This document shows positions 9,218-17,903 of a stretch of 64,000 bases of DNA, one piece after another. The DNA is taken from contig JAUNJE010000009.1 in NCBI GenBank assembly GCA_030533415.1, positions 9,268 through 73,267 on the forward strand, given 5' to 3'. The notes under the pieces are model-generated. The model searched no databases, was not told where the DNA came from, and was given only the letters and a program-made list of their open reading frames with translations. The DNA comes from Eubacteriales bacterium. GTDB taxonomy: Bacteria; Bacillota; Clostridia; Oscillospirales; Oscillospiraceae. The translations under genes were made by a program, and so were the position numbers. Every line of letters starts with the position of its first letter. Positions within the stretch are counted from its first letter, which is position 1.

Positions 9218-11098
9218 TCACGGTTTGCTTTTCCATTTCAGTAATAACGCGGAATGGATAATCACAAGCACCGAGCCTGCATTGTGCACCAAAGCACCAA
9301 TGACAGGATTCAGGATCCCCGGAAATGCAAGCCCGATCGCGATGAAATTCAGTGCCATGGAGAACGTCAGATTCCATTTGATTGTTTTCATCATTTTTTG
9401 GGACAGTGCCAGCAAATGGGGCAGCTCCTTGATTTCATCGTCAACGAGCACAATGTCGGCTGCATCTACGGCAATATCGCTTCCGATGCCGCCCATCGCA
9501 ATTCCCACGTCTGCCTTTTTCAGAGCGGGGGCATCGTTGATCCCGTCCCCGATCATGCAAACGCATTGCCCCTCCTGCTGGTATTGACCGATCCATTTCA
9601 GCTTATCCTCCGGCAGGCAATTTGCGTGCATTTGGACAATATGCAGTTCGTTTGCAATGGCTCCGGCGGCATTTTCGCTGTCGCCGGTCAGCAAAACCGG
9701 CTGAACGCCCAGAGCCTGGATGCCGCATATCATGGATGCGCTTTCCCCGCGCACTGTGTCCGAAAGGGCAATGTACCCGGCAAACGCCCCGTCCACGGCA
9801 ATATAAATCAGCGTGCTGCCCCGCTGCAAATGGGCATCGGTCTCCGCCTTCACATTTGGCAGAAGGGGGATTCCATTCTCAGATAGCATTTCCCGGTTGC
9901 CGGCAAGGATTCTGTGGCCCTGTACCGCCGCGGAAACACCCCGTCCGGGTATCATGCGGAATTGCTCGCAGGGAGGGATTGTTTCTGCACCGGACCGCTT
10001 GCAGCCCTTTACGACGGCTTTTCCCAAAGGATGCTCCGATAGTTGCTCTGCCGCGGCCGCAAGGATGTAGATTTCTTTTTCCGTATATCCGGAAATACAT
10101 TTCACAGCCGTTACTTCGGGGATGCCATAGGTCAGTGTTCCGGTTTTGTCAAAGGTCATTTTTGTCACCGTGGAAAGCCGTTCCAGGGCGTCTCCCTCCC
10201 GGACCAGAAAGCCATGTTTTGTGGCGTTGCCGATTGCGGCCATGACCGCAGTCGGTGTTGCAAGCACCAATGCACACGGACAGAATACGACAAGGATTGT
10301 CACGGCTCGGATGATCTGCCCCGAAATCAGCCAGGTCAGGACAGCGGCCGTCAGCGCGGCGACCACGACCCAAGTTGCCCAGCGGTCCGCAAGGCCGACA
10401 ATTTTCGCCTTTCCCGCGTCGGCAGACTGTACCAGACGTATCATGCGCTGAATGGAGCTGTCCTCCCCAACCTTGGTGGCCCTCATTTCAAATGCGCCGA
10501 ACTGATTGACTGTACCGCTGGATATTTCGTCTCCCACCGTCTTATCGACCGGCAGGGATTCCCCTGTCATTACCGCTTGATTGACGGATGTTTGTCCCGA
10601 CAAAATCACACCGTCCACTGGAACCGTTTCGCCGGGCAATACCCGGATAACATCCCCGATGCGCACCTGGTCGGCAGGGAGAACGGTTTCCTGCTCCCCG
10701 GACACCACCCGCGCCGTCCGGGGCGTAAGGCGTACCAGCTTTTCGATTCCCGCCCGTGCCTTTGCCACGGTCAGATCCTCCAGCAGTGCGCCGATCTGCA
10801 TAATGAAGGCGATCTCTCCGGCGGCAAAGTCCTCTCCGATGCAGACGGATGCGATCAGGGCTAGCGAAACCAGCACATCCGCTTTGATGTCAAACGCGGT
10901 AACAAGCCCGATGATGGCTTCCAGCACAATGGGAATGCCGCACAGCAGAATTGCCACCCAGGCCGGGTCAAAGGGCAAAGGCAGGAAATCAAAAATGCTG
11001 GCAAGAAGCGCGGCACCGGAAATGACCAGAAAGACGATGTCCTTCTTTTCTCCGCCCATTTCCAATAGGTGCTCTGCTTTTTTCAAAAGTGATTTCAT
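9218..11098 (-). CDS. Heavy-metal translocating P1B-type ATPase lacking an N-terminal HMA domain
   Basis: TGES, CPC, DKTGT, SEHP, GDGINDAP motifs; start MKSLLKK after AAGGAGG RBS. Confidence 0.95.
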   Translation of the reverse strand: MKSLLKKAEHLLEMGGEKKDIVFLVISGAALLASIFDFLPLPFDPAWVAILLCGIPIVLEAIIGLVTAFDIKADVLVSLALIASVCIGEDFAAGEIAFIMQIGALLEDLTVAKARAGIEKLVRLTPRTARVVSGEQETVLPADQVRIGDVIRVLPGETVPVDGVILSGQTSVNQAVMTGESLPVDKTVGDEISSGTVNQFGAFEMRATKVGEDSSIQRMIRLVQSADAGKAKIVGLADRWATWVVVAALTAAVLTWLISGQIIRAVTILVVFCPCALVLATPTAVMAAIGNATKHGFLVREGDALERLSTVTKMTFDKTGTLTYGIPEVTAVKCISGYTEKEIYILAAAAEQLSEHPLGKAVVKGCKRSGAETIPPCEQFRMIPGRGVSAAVQGHRILAGNREMLSENGIPLLPNVKAETDAHLQRGSTLIYIAVDGAFAGYIALSDTVRGESASMICGIQALGVQPVLLTGDSENAAGAIANELHIVQMHANCLPEDKLKWIGQYQQEGQCVCMIGDGINDAPALKKADVGIAMGGIGSDIAVDAADIVLVDDEIKELPHLLALSQKMMKTIKWNLTFSMALNFIAIGLAFPGILNPVIGALVHNAGSVLVIIHSALLLKWKSKP

Positions 11099-11113
11099 AA
11101 AAGCGTCCTCCTT

Positions 11114-11164
11114 ATACATATAGGGGTATGGGTATATTATACCTATGGGGGTATGGGTTGTCAA
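11114..11164 (-). promoter_or_regulatory. Sigma-A promoter of the ATPase with two CsoR/RcnR-type operators
   Basis: TTGACA (11164-11159), 17 bp, TATAAT (11141-11136); ATACCCCCATAGGTAT and ATACCCCTATATGTAT pseudo-palindromes with C/G tracts. Confidence 0.8.
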
Positions 11165-11231
11165 GAGGAAAAAGAAAAGACAGCCCATTGGGCTGCCTTC
11201 GCTGCATATAAAATTCCCGGTTTTACACGGA

Positions 11232-11374
11232 TATTCCGTTAAAAAGTTTCATTCGCCAGAATGGAACGTTTTAACAGGAAGATCATAATGAGACGGGTTA
11301 TCGTGATTTCCTATCTTAAAAATCACGATAACGACAACGCTGTCAGGCGGTGCCTTCTTTATAAAAAACAGTAT
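11232..11374 (+). repeat. Dispersed intergenic repeat family A, composite copy with internal hairpin element
   Basis: Core (~11270-11362) matches the reverse complement of ~56410-56510; flanks match 34601-34656; internal perfect 13-bp stem GTTATCGTGATTT/AAATCACGATAAC. Confidence 0.75.
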
Positions 11375-11649
11375 TACTGCATATTTGCAAAGCGCTCGAC
11401 CGCTTTTGTAAAACTTTCGATGGTCTTATCCGCGTCGCCATGTTCAATTCCATCACGGACGCAATGCTTAATATGTCCCTCCAATACGACCTGACCGACC
11501 TTATTCAGAGCCGATTTCGCCGCATTGATCTGGGAAAGAATGTCCTCGCAGGGGACATCCTCATCCACCATCCTGTCAATTGCCTGTACCTGGCCGATAA
11601 TTTTCTTTAATCTGCGGTGCAGATTCTCCGCATCCATACACTGTCTCAT
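11374..11649 (-). CDS. CsoR/RcnR-family metal-sensing repressor
   Basis: RRLKKIIGQVQAI...PCEDILSQINAA...HIKHCV; GGAGG RBS; operator-like ATACCCCTAAATGTA upstream (11665-11679). Confidence 0.92.
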   Translation of the reverse strand: MRQCMDAENLHRRLKKIIGQVQAIDRMVDEDVPCEDILSQINAAKSALNKVGQVVLEGHIKHCVRDGIEHGDADKTIESFTKAVERFANMQ

Positions 11650-11773
11650 TGTGCAGACCTCCACTACATTTAGGGGTATATGTATCATATCATTGAATCA
11701 TTGTTCTGTCAATGACGGAATACGCTGACGCTTACCGCAGCGGCTGCGTCCTGCGGAAAACGAAGCGCCGCTG

Positions 11774-12793
11774 TCATGCTTTTGACTGGGCTGTTTTCTT
11801 TGGATGGTTTTCATAATACCAGTTCAGGAATTCCCCGAAAATCCGTTCCTCTGCTTCTTTTCTCGCCTTCGCGGCGTCCTCGATTTTGGAATAGGTCCCC
11901 AGATTGTACAGCTTTCCCTTGAAGGTGATCTGGGCCTTCCATTTTCCACGGTAGGCCATTACCCCCGTGTAGCCGCTGGTGTTGTCTTTTCTCAGGCCCT
12001 TCCGTTCCAGCATTTCCACACAGGTTCCGTCGATATAACGCATGTAACTTACGGGACTTTCGTGCTCCTTGGGCAGGCAGCCGCAGCTTTTGGTGTTCCC
12101 CTGCACAAGACTGTTGTAGGAGACCTCAGTCTCCCCTCCGCAGTCACACCGGCACTTCCAGACCACACTGCCGCCCATGCGCCCTTCGGTGGGCTCCAGC
12201 GCAACCAGCCGCCCAAAACGCTGCCCGGCGATATCCCCGGCCCGCTTTTTCAGCATTTCGCTTCGGATGCAGCCACAGCTTTTGGTGCCGCCCTGCAGCA
12301 ATGCGTTGGCGGATACCTCCGTCAATTGCCCGCAGTCACAGCGGCACAGCCAGGCGTAGCTGGACCCCAGCTTTTTGTCCAGCCGCCGCAGGGCGGTGAG
12401 CCTGCCGAAGCGCTGGTTGGTCAGGTCCTTGATTTTATGCTCCGAGCGCAGGCAGCCGCAGCTTTCGATGACGCCGTTGGATATTTTGTAGCCCTCGGTC
12501 AGAAACTCCCGCCCGCAGTCACAGCGGCATTTCCAGAGGACCACGCCCCGGCGTTTTTCCTCCGTGGGCGCCAGGGCCACCACCTTCCCGGAACGCAGTC
12601 CGGTGATGTCCTTTTTCCGGCCTTCGCCCCGGGCGCAGCCGCAGGAGGTGAAAAACTTTGTCAGCAGCAAAGTATCCGCCAGGGTGACCGTATTGCCGCA
12701 GTCGCAGCGGCACAGGAGCCTGCCATCCTCCGTCTGTTCCAGCACCGTCAGCCTGCCAAAGCGCTGCCCCGTCAGGCTGGATGTTACCGTCAT
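11774..12793 (-). CDS. Cys-rich repeat plus C-terminal AP2-domain putative DNA-binding protein, copy 1
   Basis: Four ~62-aa repeats (DxxGQRFGRL..W.CRCDCG..SCGC) then NTSGYTGV..GKWKAQITFKGKLYNLGTY..EDAAKARKEAE; GGAGG RBS. Confidence 0.85.
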   Translation of the reverse strand: MTVTSSLTGQRFGRLTVLEQTEDGRLLCRCDCGNTVTLADTLLLTKFFTSCGCARGEGRKKDITGLRSGKVVALAPTEEKRRGVVLWKCRCDCGREFLTEGYKISNGVIESCGCLRSEHKIKDLTNQRFGRLTALRRLDKKLGSSYAWLCRCDCGQLTEVSANALLQGGTKSCGCIRSEMLKKRAGDIAGQRFGRLVALEPTEGRMGGSVVWKCRCDCGGETEVSYNSLVQGNTKSCGCLPKEHESPVSYMRYIDGTCVEMLERKGLRKDNTSGYTGVMAYRGKWKAQITFKGKLYNLGTYSKIEDAAKARKEAEERIFGEFLNWYYENHPKKTAQSKA

Positions 12794-13853
12794 GATTTCC
12801 CTCCTTCCGGCTATGGAAAGGGCGGCAGGGGATGGCTCCCGCTGCCGCCTTTTTTAGGGGTTACTTACTGCTTATCTGGTTTTCTTTTTCTTCACGGTGA
12901 GGATCAGCACCACGCCCAGAACCACCGCGCAGGCAACCAGCACGCCGATCCACAGGCCGATGTTGCTGGTGTCTCCGGTTTCGGGAATCAGGGAGATCTT
13001 GTTGGAGACGGTCACTTTCACGGTATCACTGGGCGTACCGGGAACGGGATCACCGCCAGCCTCGGTGATGACTACAGTATTCTTGATCACCGTTCCATTC
13101 TTCACACCGGACTTGACCGTGGCCTTGATGGTCAGTTTGGCGGTTTTGCCATTTTTCAGCTCGGAAATCGTCCACAGGCCGTCCTTGACCGCATAATTTC
13201 CATCGCCGCTGGCGCTGACAAAGGTCAGATTTGCATCCAGCTTTTCGGAAACGACGATATCTTCCAGGTCCTCGCCAGTCCTGTTGGTGACCTTGATGGT
13301 GTAAGTGATGGTCTTACCGGGACGCACTGTCGTGCGGTTGGCCGACTTATCGATGGTCAGTTTGCCGTAGTCCGGCGTCGGGTCAGGAGTAACAGACTCA
13401 TCAGGTTTGAATGACCAAACGCCCTCCAGAAGCATATCCTGCTGGATGTTCTTCAGTTCGGTGACCTTAGTGCCATTGTATGTCCAGCCCTCGAAGGTGA
13501 AGGTACCATCCTTACCATTATATTTACCCTTCCGGCTCTCGGGAACACCTTCCACGGTGTAGTCGCCACCCGCCGGGACAGTTGTGCCATCAGGTGCAGT
13601 ATATCCATCGGGAATCGTACCTGTAACTTGATAGGTCACATTGTATTTTTTCGCTGCAACGGTGTATTCTACAGTGGGCTTTTCGAAAGACTCGGGAACA
13701 CCATCACTTCCGTTAGAATCCTTAGGATACAGTATCGCACTTGTATTCGTATACAAGCCTTCATACCGCTTGGCTCCATCGGCATCATACTTGCCATATG
13801 TGCCTGCTTCGGTCTTGGGATTCATCAGCTTCACGGTGTAGGTCAACTGAACC
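11811..13853. repeat. Outer inverted repeat, left arm (~2043 bp; partner 21258-23300)
   Basis: Reverse complement of 21258-23300; covers the surface-protein 3' end, intergenic hairpin and AP2 gene; scattered mismatches mainly at the distal end. Confidence 0.95.
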
Positions 13854-16800
13854 GGGGCAAAGTTGGTAATCGGCTCATTGATGTACCATACGAAGTGCTC
13901 TTCTCCCTTACCGTTGCCCTTTACATAGGTTACGGTGTAGGCATAGCCTTCGCTCACCTTCTTGAAACCATACTCATTTTCACCAAGTTTGACTGCCTTG
14001 TAAGTTGCGTCGCCTATCTTCAATTCCATACTGTCGGCGTCATTTACAAAGTCAAAGTCATAATCACCCTCAACGTAGCCAATGAAATCCTCTACACGGG
14101 AACCTTTGTCTACCAAATAGAGAATGTCATTTTTGATGGTTTCAAAGCTGTACGTACTGCCACCAGCCAGGAACTCCATAAAGGAGGGACCCCATTCGTA
14201 TTGACCACCGCTGCCCGTATCAGCCTTGACAGCGTAGCAGTGATAGCCTTCCTGTGCGATAGACTGATAAGCCAAATAGGTTAAGTAAAGGGCTTTGTCG
14301 ATGGAGTTTGCATAATCGGACTGCTTTTCCACAGGCGTTGCATTGGTGACTGTGCCGCCATAAGGATACTCATACAGTGTTCCCTGGGCCGCAACCTGCT
14401 TGCTGACCGCAACCAGATAATCTTTCCAGCTCTCAGGCGCATCGTTGCTCTTATATTTGGAATTCCAGTTATCAGGACCTGCCCAATTCAGAACTGTATC
14501 TGCCTTAAAAGTCCAAGCGGTTACAGTTGGCACCGCATTGTACATATAAGTAATACCGTCACTGACAAAGATCAGATACTTGCGGCTGGCGGACACGGAT
14601 GTGTCAGCATCCAGCATAGCCTTGCCCGCAAGCAGTCCAGCGTGGGTATTCGTACCACTGGAAATCTCCTGCTTAATTGCTGCTTCGATAGCACTGTATT
14701 GCGTTGCAAGATCCATAAAGTTTGTGACATGCGCTTCGTTATTGAAAATCACAACGCCTACGTTGACTTTAGCGCTGGTATTTTGGATTTGCGTTTGCAG
14801 GTCCTTAAGCATCTGGAGTGCCTGGTTTTCCAAAGCCGCACTGGTGGATTTATCCAGCACAAACACGACATCGGAAACCAATTGCTGCTCTGCGGAAGGC
14901 AGAGACAGAGTTACCTTGGACTCAAAATTCTCATCCAGATTGGTAGCGGTCTTGGATTTGGAAACCTTCCAATCGGGGGTAACAACCGGCAGGTCAGGAA
15001 CGTCAACATTCAAGGCATGGGCAGCCTTCAAAGCCAATTTCCCGGTGAATGCTTTGCCGTAATCAGTATACTCCACGGTATAGGGTTTACCGCTATGGGC
15101 ATCCCAACGGAAGATGATTGGAATTCCGTCCTTATCTGTGGCATATCCGTCATAGTACCAACCGTCAATGGCATCGGTGCAATCGGGAGCGCCATCTAAG
15201 GCCCAATTAGAGCCAACTTTGCCGAAGGTGATAGTACCGACGTTGTAGATGTCGTCGCCAGCCTTATCGGCATGGTTATTATACAGAGAAATACTCTCGG
15301 AAAGCACCGCCTCCCCTTTGTTGTAAATGCCACCGCCGTAACTGTCGGTGCTATTATTCATAACTACGACATTTGCACCGGGGTCGACCTGTAACTTATA
15401 CGCGTTATAAATTCCGCCATCTTTATTCCGAAGGATTTCAACATTGGCGCCTTTTTCGATGGTCACATCGCCATACCAGTAGTTGCTGCCGGAATAAACC
15501 CATAGACCGCTTTTGGCATTATCATTCAGTTTGACGGCCGCGCCTGCCGCAATGGTACCCTTTCCGCCAACAGTGATTCCATTTCCCGTGTTTCCGCATG
15601 CTTCGACTTTAGAAGTGCCGTCAACTTCAAGCTCTTTGACAAAGATTCCCCAAGAAGATCCCTTGTTATTATTTGCAATCACTGCGGAACCATTGGTAAC
15701 GGTCAACTTGCCATAGTAGCATCCAAGGCCTCCACCATATGTCGCGGCACCGTTCCCAGTTAGACTCAGCGTCGAACTACCAGTAACGGTGAGATTAATC
15801 GGGTTAATGGTCATTCCATGCCAGCCGCAATTACTAATATTTACAGCCGAACTGCCACTAATTACAATCTCGCGATTAGGTTTACCGTCGTACTCCGAGT
15901 TGTCTGCGTAAATGCCACTGGCTTGCGCTCCATTGAATCCAGTGATATTCACAACAGAGCCACCGGTAATGTACAGATTACTTTCTTGGTAGAGATAAAT
16001 TCCACTTATCGCTTTATTGCTTGCCAAGTTCAGAACAGCATTATTCAGCGTCAAATTGGAGTTACTAATCAGATTGGCTGTACCTCCACTCGCCCCTGGG
16101 TTGTTTTCGACTTGCTGCATATCGAGTTCGCAGTTCTGGAATGTAAGCTTGCTTTTCGACGCATAGATACCCAACGCACCAAATGTGATCTTGTTTTTCC
16201 CACCATCAATGGTAATGGCCTTATCTTTGACAGTAAGTCCATTTACGTCACAGTCGGCCAGCAGTTCAATTGTATCACCATCTGATGCATTCTTTATGGC
16301 TTCGTCCAAGGTTTCGTATTCTGTTTCACCAATTTTGGCAACATATGTTGTTTCCAACGTCTGCAAGCCGCCAGTTAAGAAATCCATAGCCTTCTTCATT
16401 GTAGCTATTGCGGCTTGTACGTCCTCCCGGGCAAGTTCCTCTTCACTCAGCGCACCATACGCTTCTTGTGCCGCGCCAATTTGTTCGTTCAGTACGGGAC
16501 CGGTTTCCTCGTTGATTTCTTCCGGAAGCACAATAGCTGCAACGGCGTCTAAAAATGCCTTAACTGTGTCAGAAACTTCTTCCGGTTCACTTGCTTCTGT
16601 GTCCTTCTCAGCAACATATTTAGGACAGTCCTCTGTATGGGTTTCAGCTTCGCAATCGTCGTCCCCTGTGCATTCCTTCACAGTGACAAGTTTAGGGCAC
16701 CCCTCAACATGGGTCTCAGCTTCACAATTGTTGTCCTTGGTGCATTCCTTCACAGTGACAAGTTTAGGGCATCCCTCAACATGGGCTTCAGCTTCGCAAT

Positions 16801-16993
16801 TGTCATCCTTTATGCATCCCTCGGCAGCAACATATTTCGGACAGTCTGTAAAATGTGTGTCAGCCTCGCAATCAGCATTCTTTGTACACGTCAAGTTGTC
16901 CTCCGCCGATGCGGTTACCGGGCAAACGGAGAGCATCAGGACAGCCGCCAGCACCAGGGCCAAAAAGCGTTTTCCTTTCGTGTTCTTTCGCAT
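12872..16993 (-). CDS. Sortase-anchored vWA/beta-helix-like/DUF11-like surface protein, variant A
   Basis: Signal peptide MRKNTKGKRFLALVLAAVLMLSVCPVTASA; 24-aa Cys/His repeats; GG.IY repeat region; vWA MIDAS-like DVVFVLDKSTS...LIFVSDG; LTIDKSANRTTVRPGKTITYTIKVTN; IPETG + TM + KKKKTR. Alternative starts 17005/17017. Confidence 0.88.
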   Translation of the reverse strand: MRKNTKGKRFLALVLAAVLMLSVCPVTASAEDNLTCTKNADCEADTHFTDCPKYVAAEGCIKDDNCEAEAHVEGCPKLVTVKECTKDNNCEAETHVEGCPKLVTVKECTGDDDCEAETHTEDCPKYVAEKDTEASEPEEVSDTVKAFLDAVAAIVLPEEINEETGPVLNEQIGAAQEAYGALSEEELAREDVQAAIATMKKAMDFLTGGLQTLETTYVAKIGETEYETLDEAIKNASDGDTIELLADCDVNGLTVKDKAITIDGGKNKITFGALGIYASKSKLTFQNCELDMQQVENNPGASGGTANLISNSNLTLNNAVLNLASNKAISGIYLYQESNLYITGGSVVNITGFNGAQASGIYADNSEYDGKPNREIVISGSSAVNISNCGWHGMTINPINLTVTGSSTLSLTGNGAATYGGGLGCYYGKLTVTNGSAVIANNNKGSSWGIFVKELEVDGTSKVEACGNTGNGITVGGKGTIAAGAAVKLNDNAKSGLWVYSGSNYWYGDVTIEKGANVEILRNKDGGIYNAYKLQVDPGANVVVMNNSTDSYGGGIYNKGEAVLSESISLYNNHADKAGDDIYNVGTITFGKVGSNWALDGAPDCTDAIDGWYYDGYATDKDGIPIIFRWDAHSGKPYTVEYTDYGKAFTGKLALKAAHALNVDVPDLPVVTPDWKVSKSKTATNLDENFESKVTLSLPSAEQQLVSDVVFVLDKSTSAALENQALQMLKDLQTQIQNTSAKVNVGVVIFNNEAHVTNFMDLATQYSAIEAAIKQEISSGTNTHAGLLAGKAMLDADTSVSASRKYLIFVSDGITYMYNAVPTVTAWTFKADTVLNWAGPDNWNSKYKSNDAPESWKDYLVAVSKQVAAQGTLYEYPYGGTVTNATPVEKQSDYANSIDKALYLTYLAYQSIAQEGYHCYAVKADTGSGGQYEWGPSFMEFLAGGSTYSFETIKNDILYLVDKGSRVEDFIGYVEGDYDFDFVNDADSMELKIGDATYKAVKLGENEYGFKKVSEGYAYTVTYVKGNGKGEEHFVWYINEPITNFAPVQLTYTVKLMNPKTEAGTYGKYDADGAKRYEGLYTNTSAILYPKDSNGSDGVPESFEKPTVEYTVAAKKYNVTYQVTGTIPDGYTAPDGTTVPAGGDYTVEGVPESRKGKYNGKDGTFTFEGWTYNGTKVTELKNIQQDMLLEGVWSFKPDESVTPDPTPDYGKLTIDKSANRTTVRPGKTITYTIKVTNRTGEDLEDIVVSEKLDANLTFVSASGDGNYAVKDGLWTISELKNGKTAKLTIKATVKSGVKNGTVIKNTVVITEAGGDPVPGTPSDTVKVTVSNKISLIPETGDTSNIGLWIGVLVACAVVLGVVLILTVKKKKTR
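15156..15262. repeat. Internal 107-bp homology block, left (partner 19825-19931)
   Basis: Encodes AGDDIYNVGTITFGKVGSNWALDGAPDCTDAIDGWY in both paralogs; 2 synonymous mismatches by eye, flanked by divergent DNA. Confidence 0.9.
16613..16890 (-). repeat. Intragenic 72-bp tandem repeats (four Cys/His-rich 24-aa units)
   Basis: CTKNADCEADTHFTDCPKYV / CIKDDNCEAEAHVEGCPKLV / CTKDNNCEAETHVEGCPKLV / CTGDDDCEAETHTEDCPKYV. Confidence 0.85.
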
Positions 16994-17119
16994 CTTGTTT
17001 TCCATCCTTCCTTTCAATTCGTTCCATAGATAAATTTTCGGAGCAAATTTTCAGTCGGATAGGATATATTCCGCCATCCCATTCGTGACTTTGCCACATA
17101 ATTCATATTATGTAGTAAA
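16899..17119. repeat. Inner inverted repeat, left arm (221 bp; partner 17683-17903)
   Basis: Reverse complement of 17683-17903 with 2 mismatches; covers 5' leader, RBS and signal-peptide codons. Confidence 0.95.
17091..17118 (-). other. dif-like 28-bp candidate recombination site, left
   Basis: Minus strand TTACTACATAA-TATGAA-TTATGTGGCAA (11-6-11 dyad) at the inner edge of the repeat. Confidence 0.6.
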
Positions 17120-17224
17120 AATGAAAATTCGAACTCCATTTTAGAGCCAGTAAGAACGGCATAACCTGCCTTCTGCTGCTGTCTGTAGACAAGACGTTAC
17201 ATAGCCAGCCCTAAGTTTGGTTTC

Positions 17225-17253
17225 ATTATAGTACTAAAAAATTTTTTTGTCAA
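17225..17253 (-). promoter_or_regulatory. Sigma-A promoter directed at surface protein variant A
   Basis: Minus strand TTGACA (17253-17248), 17 bp, TATAAT (17230-17225), perfect consensus; no equivalent seen facing variant B. Confidence 0.85.
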
Positions 17254-17384
17254 TGGAAAACAGGGGATTTGGGCATGAAAAAATAAGCCTTTCCAGCCGC
17301 CAATTTTGGAAAGGCTTTGCCGTTATGTCATTTTTTGCCGAATTCTTGCCAATTTTCCCCAGGGGGATGGATCGCAGCGCACCA

Positions 17385-17666
17385 AAGCCTCCCTTGTGCA
17401 AAGGGAGGTGGCACGGCGTGAGCCGTGACGGAGGGATTGTGCGGTAACATCTCACGGTTTTGCCTAGCTTCCGGCAAATTCGCACTCCCTGCCGCAACAA
17501 TCCCTCAGTCAAAAATCAGAGATTTTTGACAGCTCCCTTTGCACAAGGGAGCCTTGGGCGCTCCCGCGCCAGTGATTCGCGGGAAAATTGGCTCAGAAAA
17601 TGATTGGATGCTTATCGATTTTGCTTGGCAAGCCTGATTTACAGCGCACAAGGGAGCCCTTGGCGC
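17385..17666. repeat. REP/REPIN-like palindromic cluster inside the spacer
   Basis: CCTCCCTTGTGCAAAGGGAGG and GCTCCCTTTGCACAAGGGAGC hairpins in inverted arrangement; GAGGGATTGT/ACAATCCCTC; GTCAAAAATC-AGA-GATTTTTGAC; partial third copy ~17646-17666. Confidence 0.7.
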
Positions 17667-17682
17667 GTCCAGGCTAGAACGG

Positions 17683-17903
17683 TTTACCACATAATATGAA
17701 TTATGTGGCAAAGTCACGAATGGGATGGCGGAATATATCCTGTCCGACTGAAAATTTGCTCCGAAAATTTATCTATGGAACGAATTGAAAGGAAGGATGG
17801 AAAACAAGATGCGAAAGAACACGAAAGGAAAACGCTTTTTGGCCCTGGTGCTGGCGGCTGTCCTGATGCTCTCCGTTTGCCCGGTAACCGCATCGGCGGA
17901 GGA
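17683..17903. repeat. Inner inverted repeat, right arm
   Basis: Reverse complement of 16899-17119. Confidence 0.95.
17684..17711 (+). other. dif-like 28-bp candidate recombination site, right
   Basis: TTACCACATAA-TATGAA-TTATGTGGCAA; inverted relative to 17091-17118 with one difference in the spacer-facing arm. Confidence 0.6.

Larger units (their letters stand above)
17120..17682. other. Putative invertible promoter segment (563 bp)
   Basis: Unique non-coding spacer between inverted dif-like sites, containing one asymmetric consensus promoter. Confidence 0.65.

Noticed and set aside
11261-11494. Similar short ORFs at 11261-11494 and 56288-56491 as a small-protein family
   Set aside because: The similarity is explained by the non-coding dispersed repeat; the ORFs have different starts and ends.
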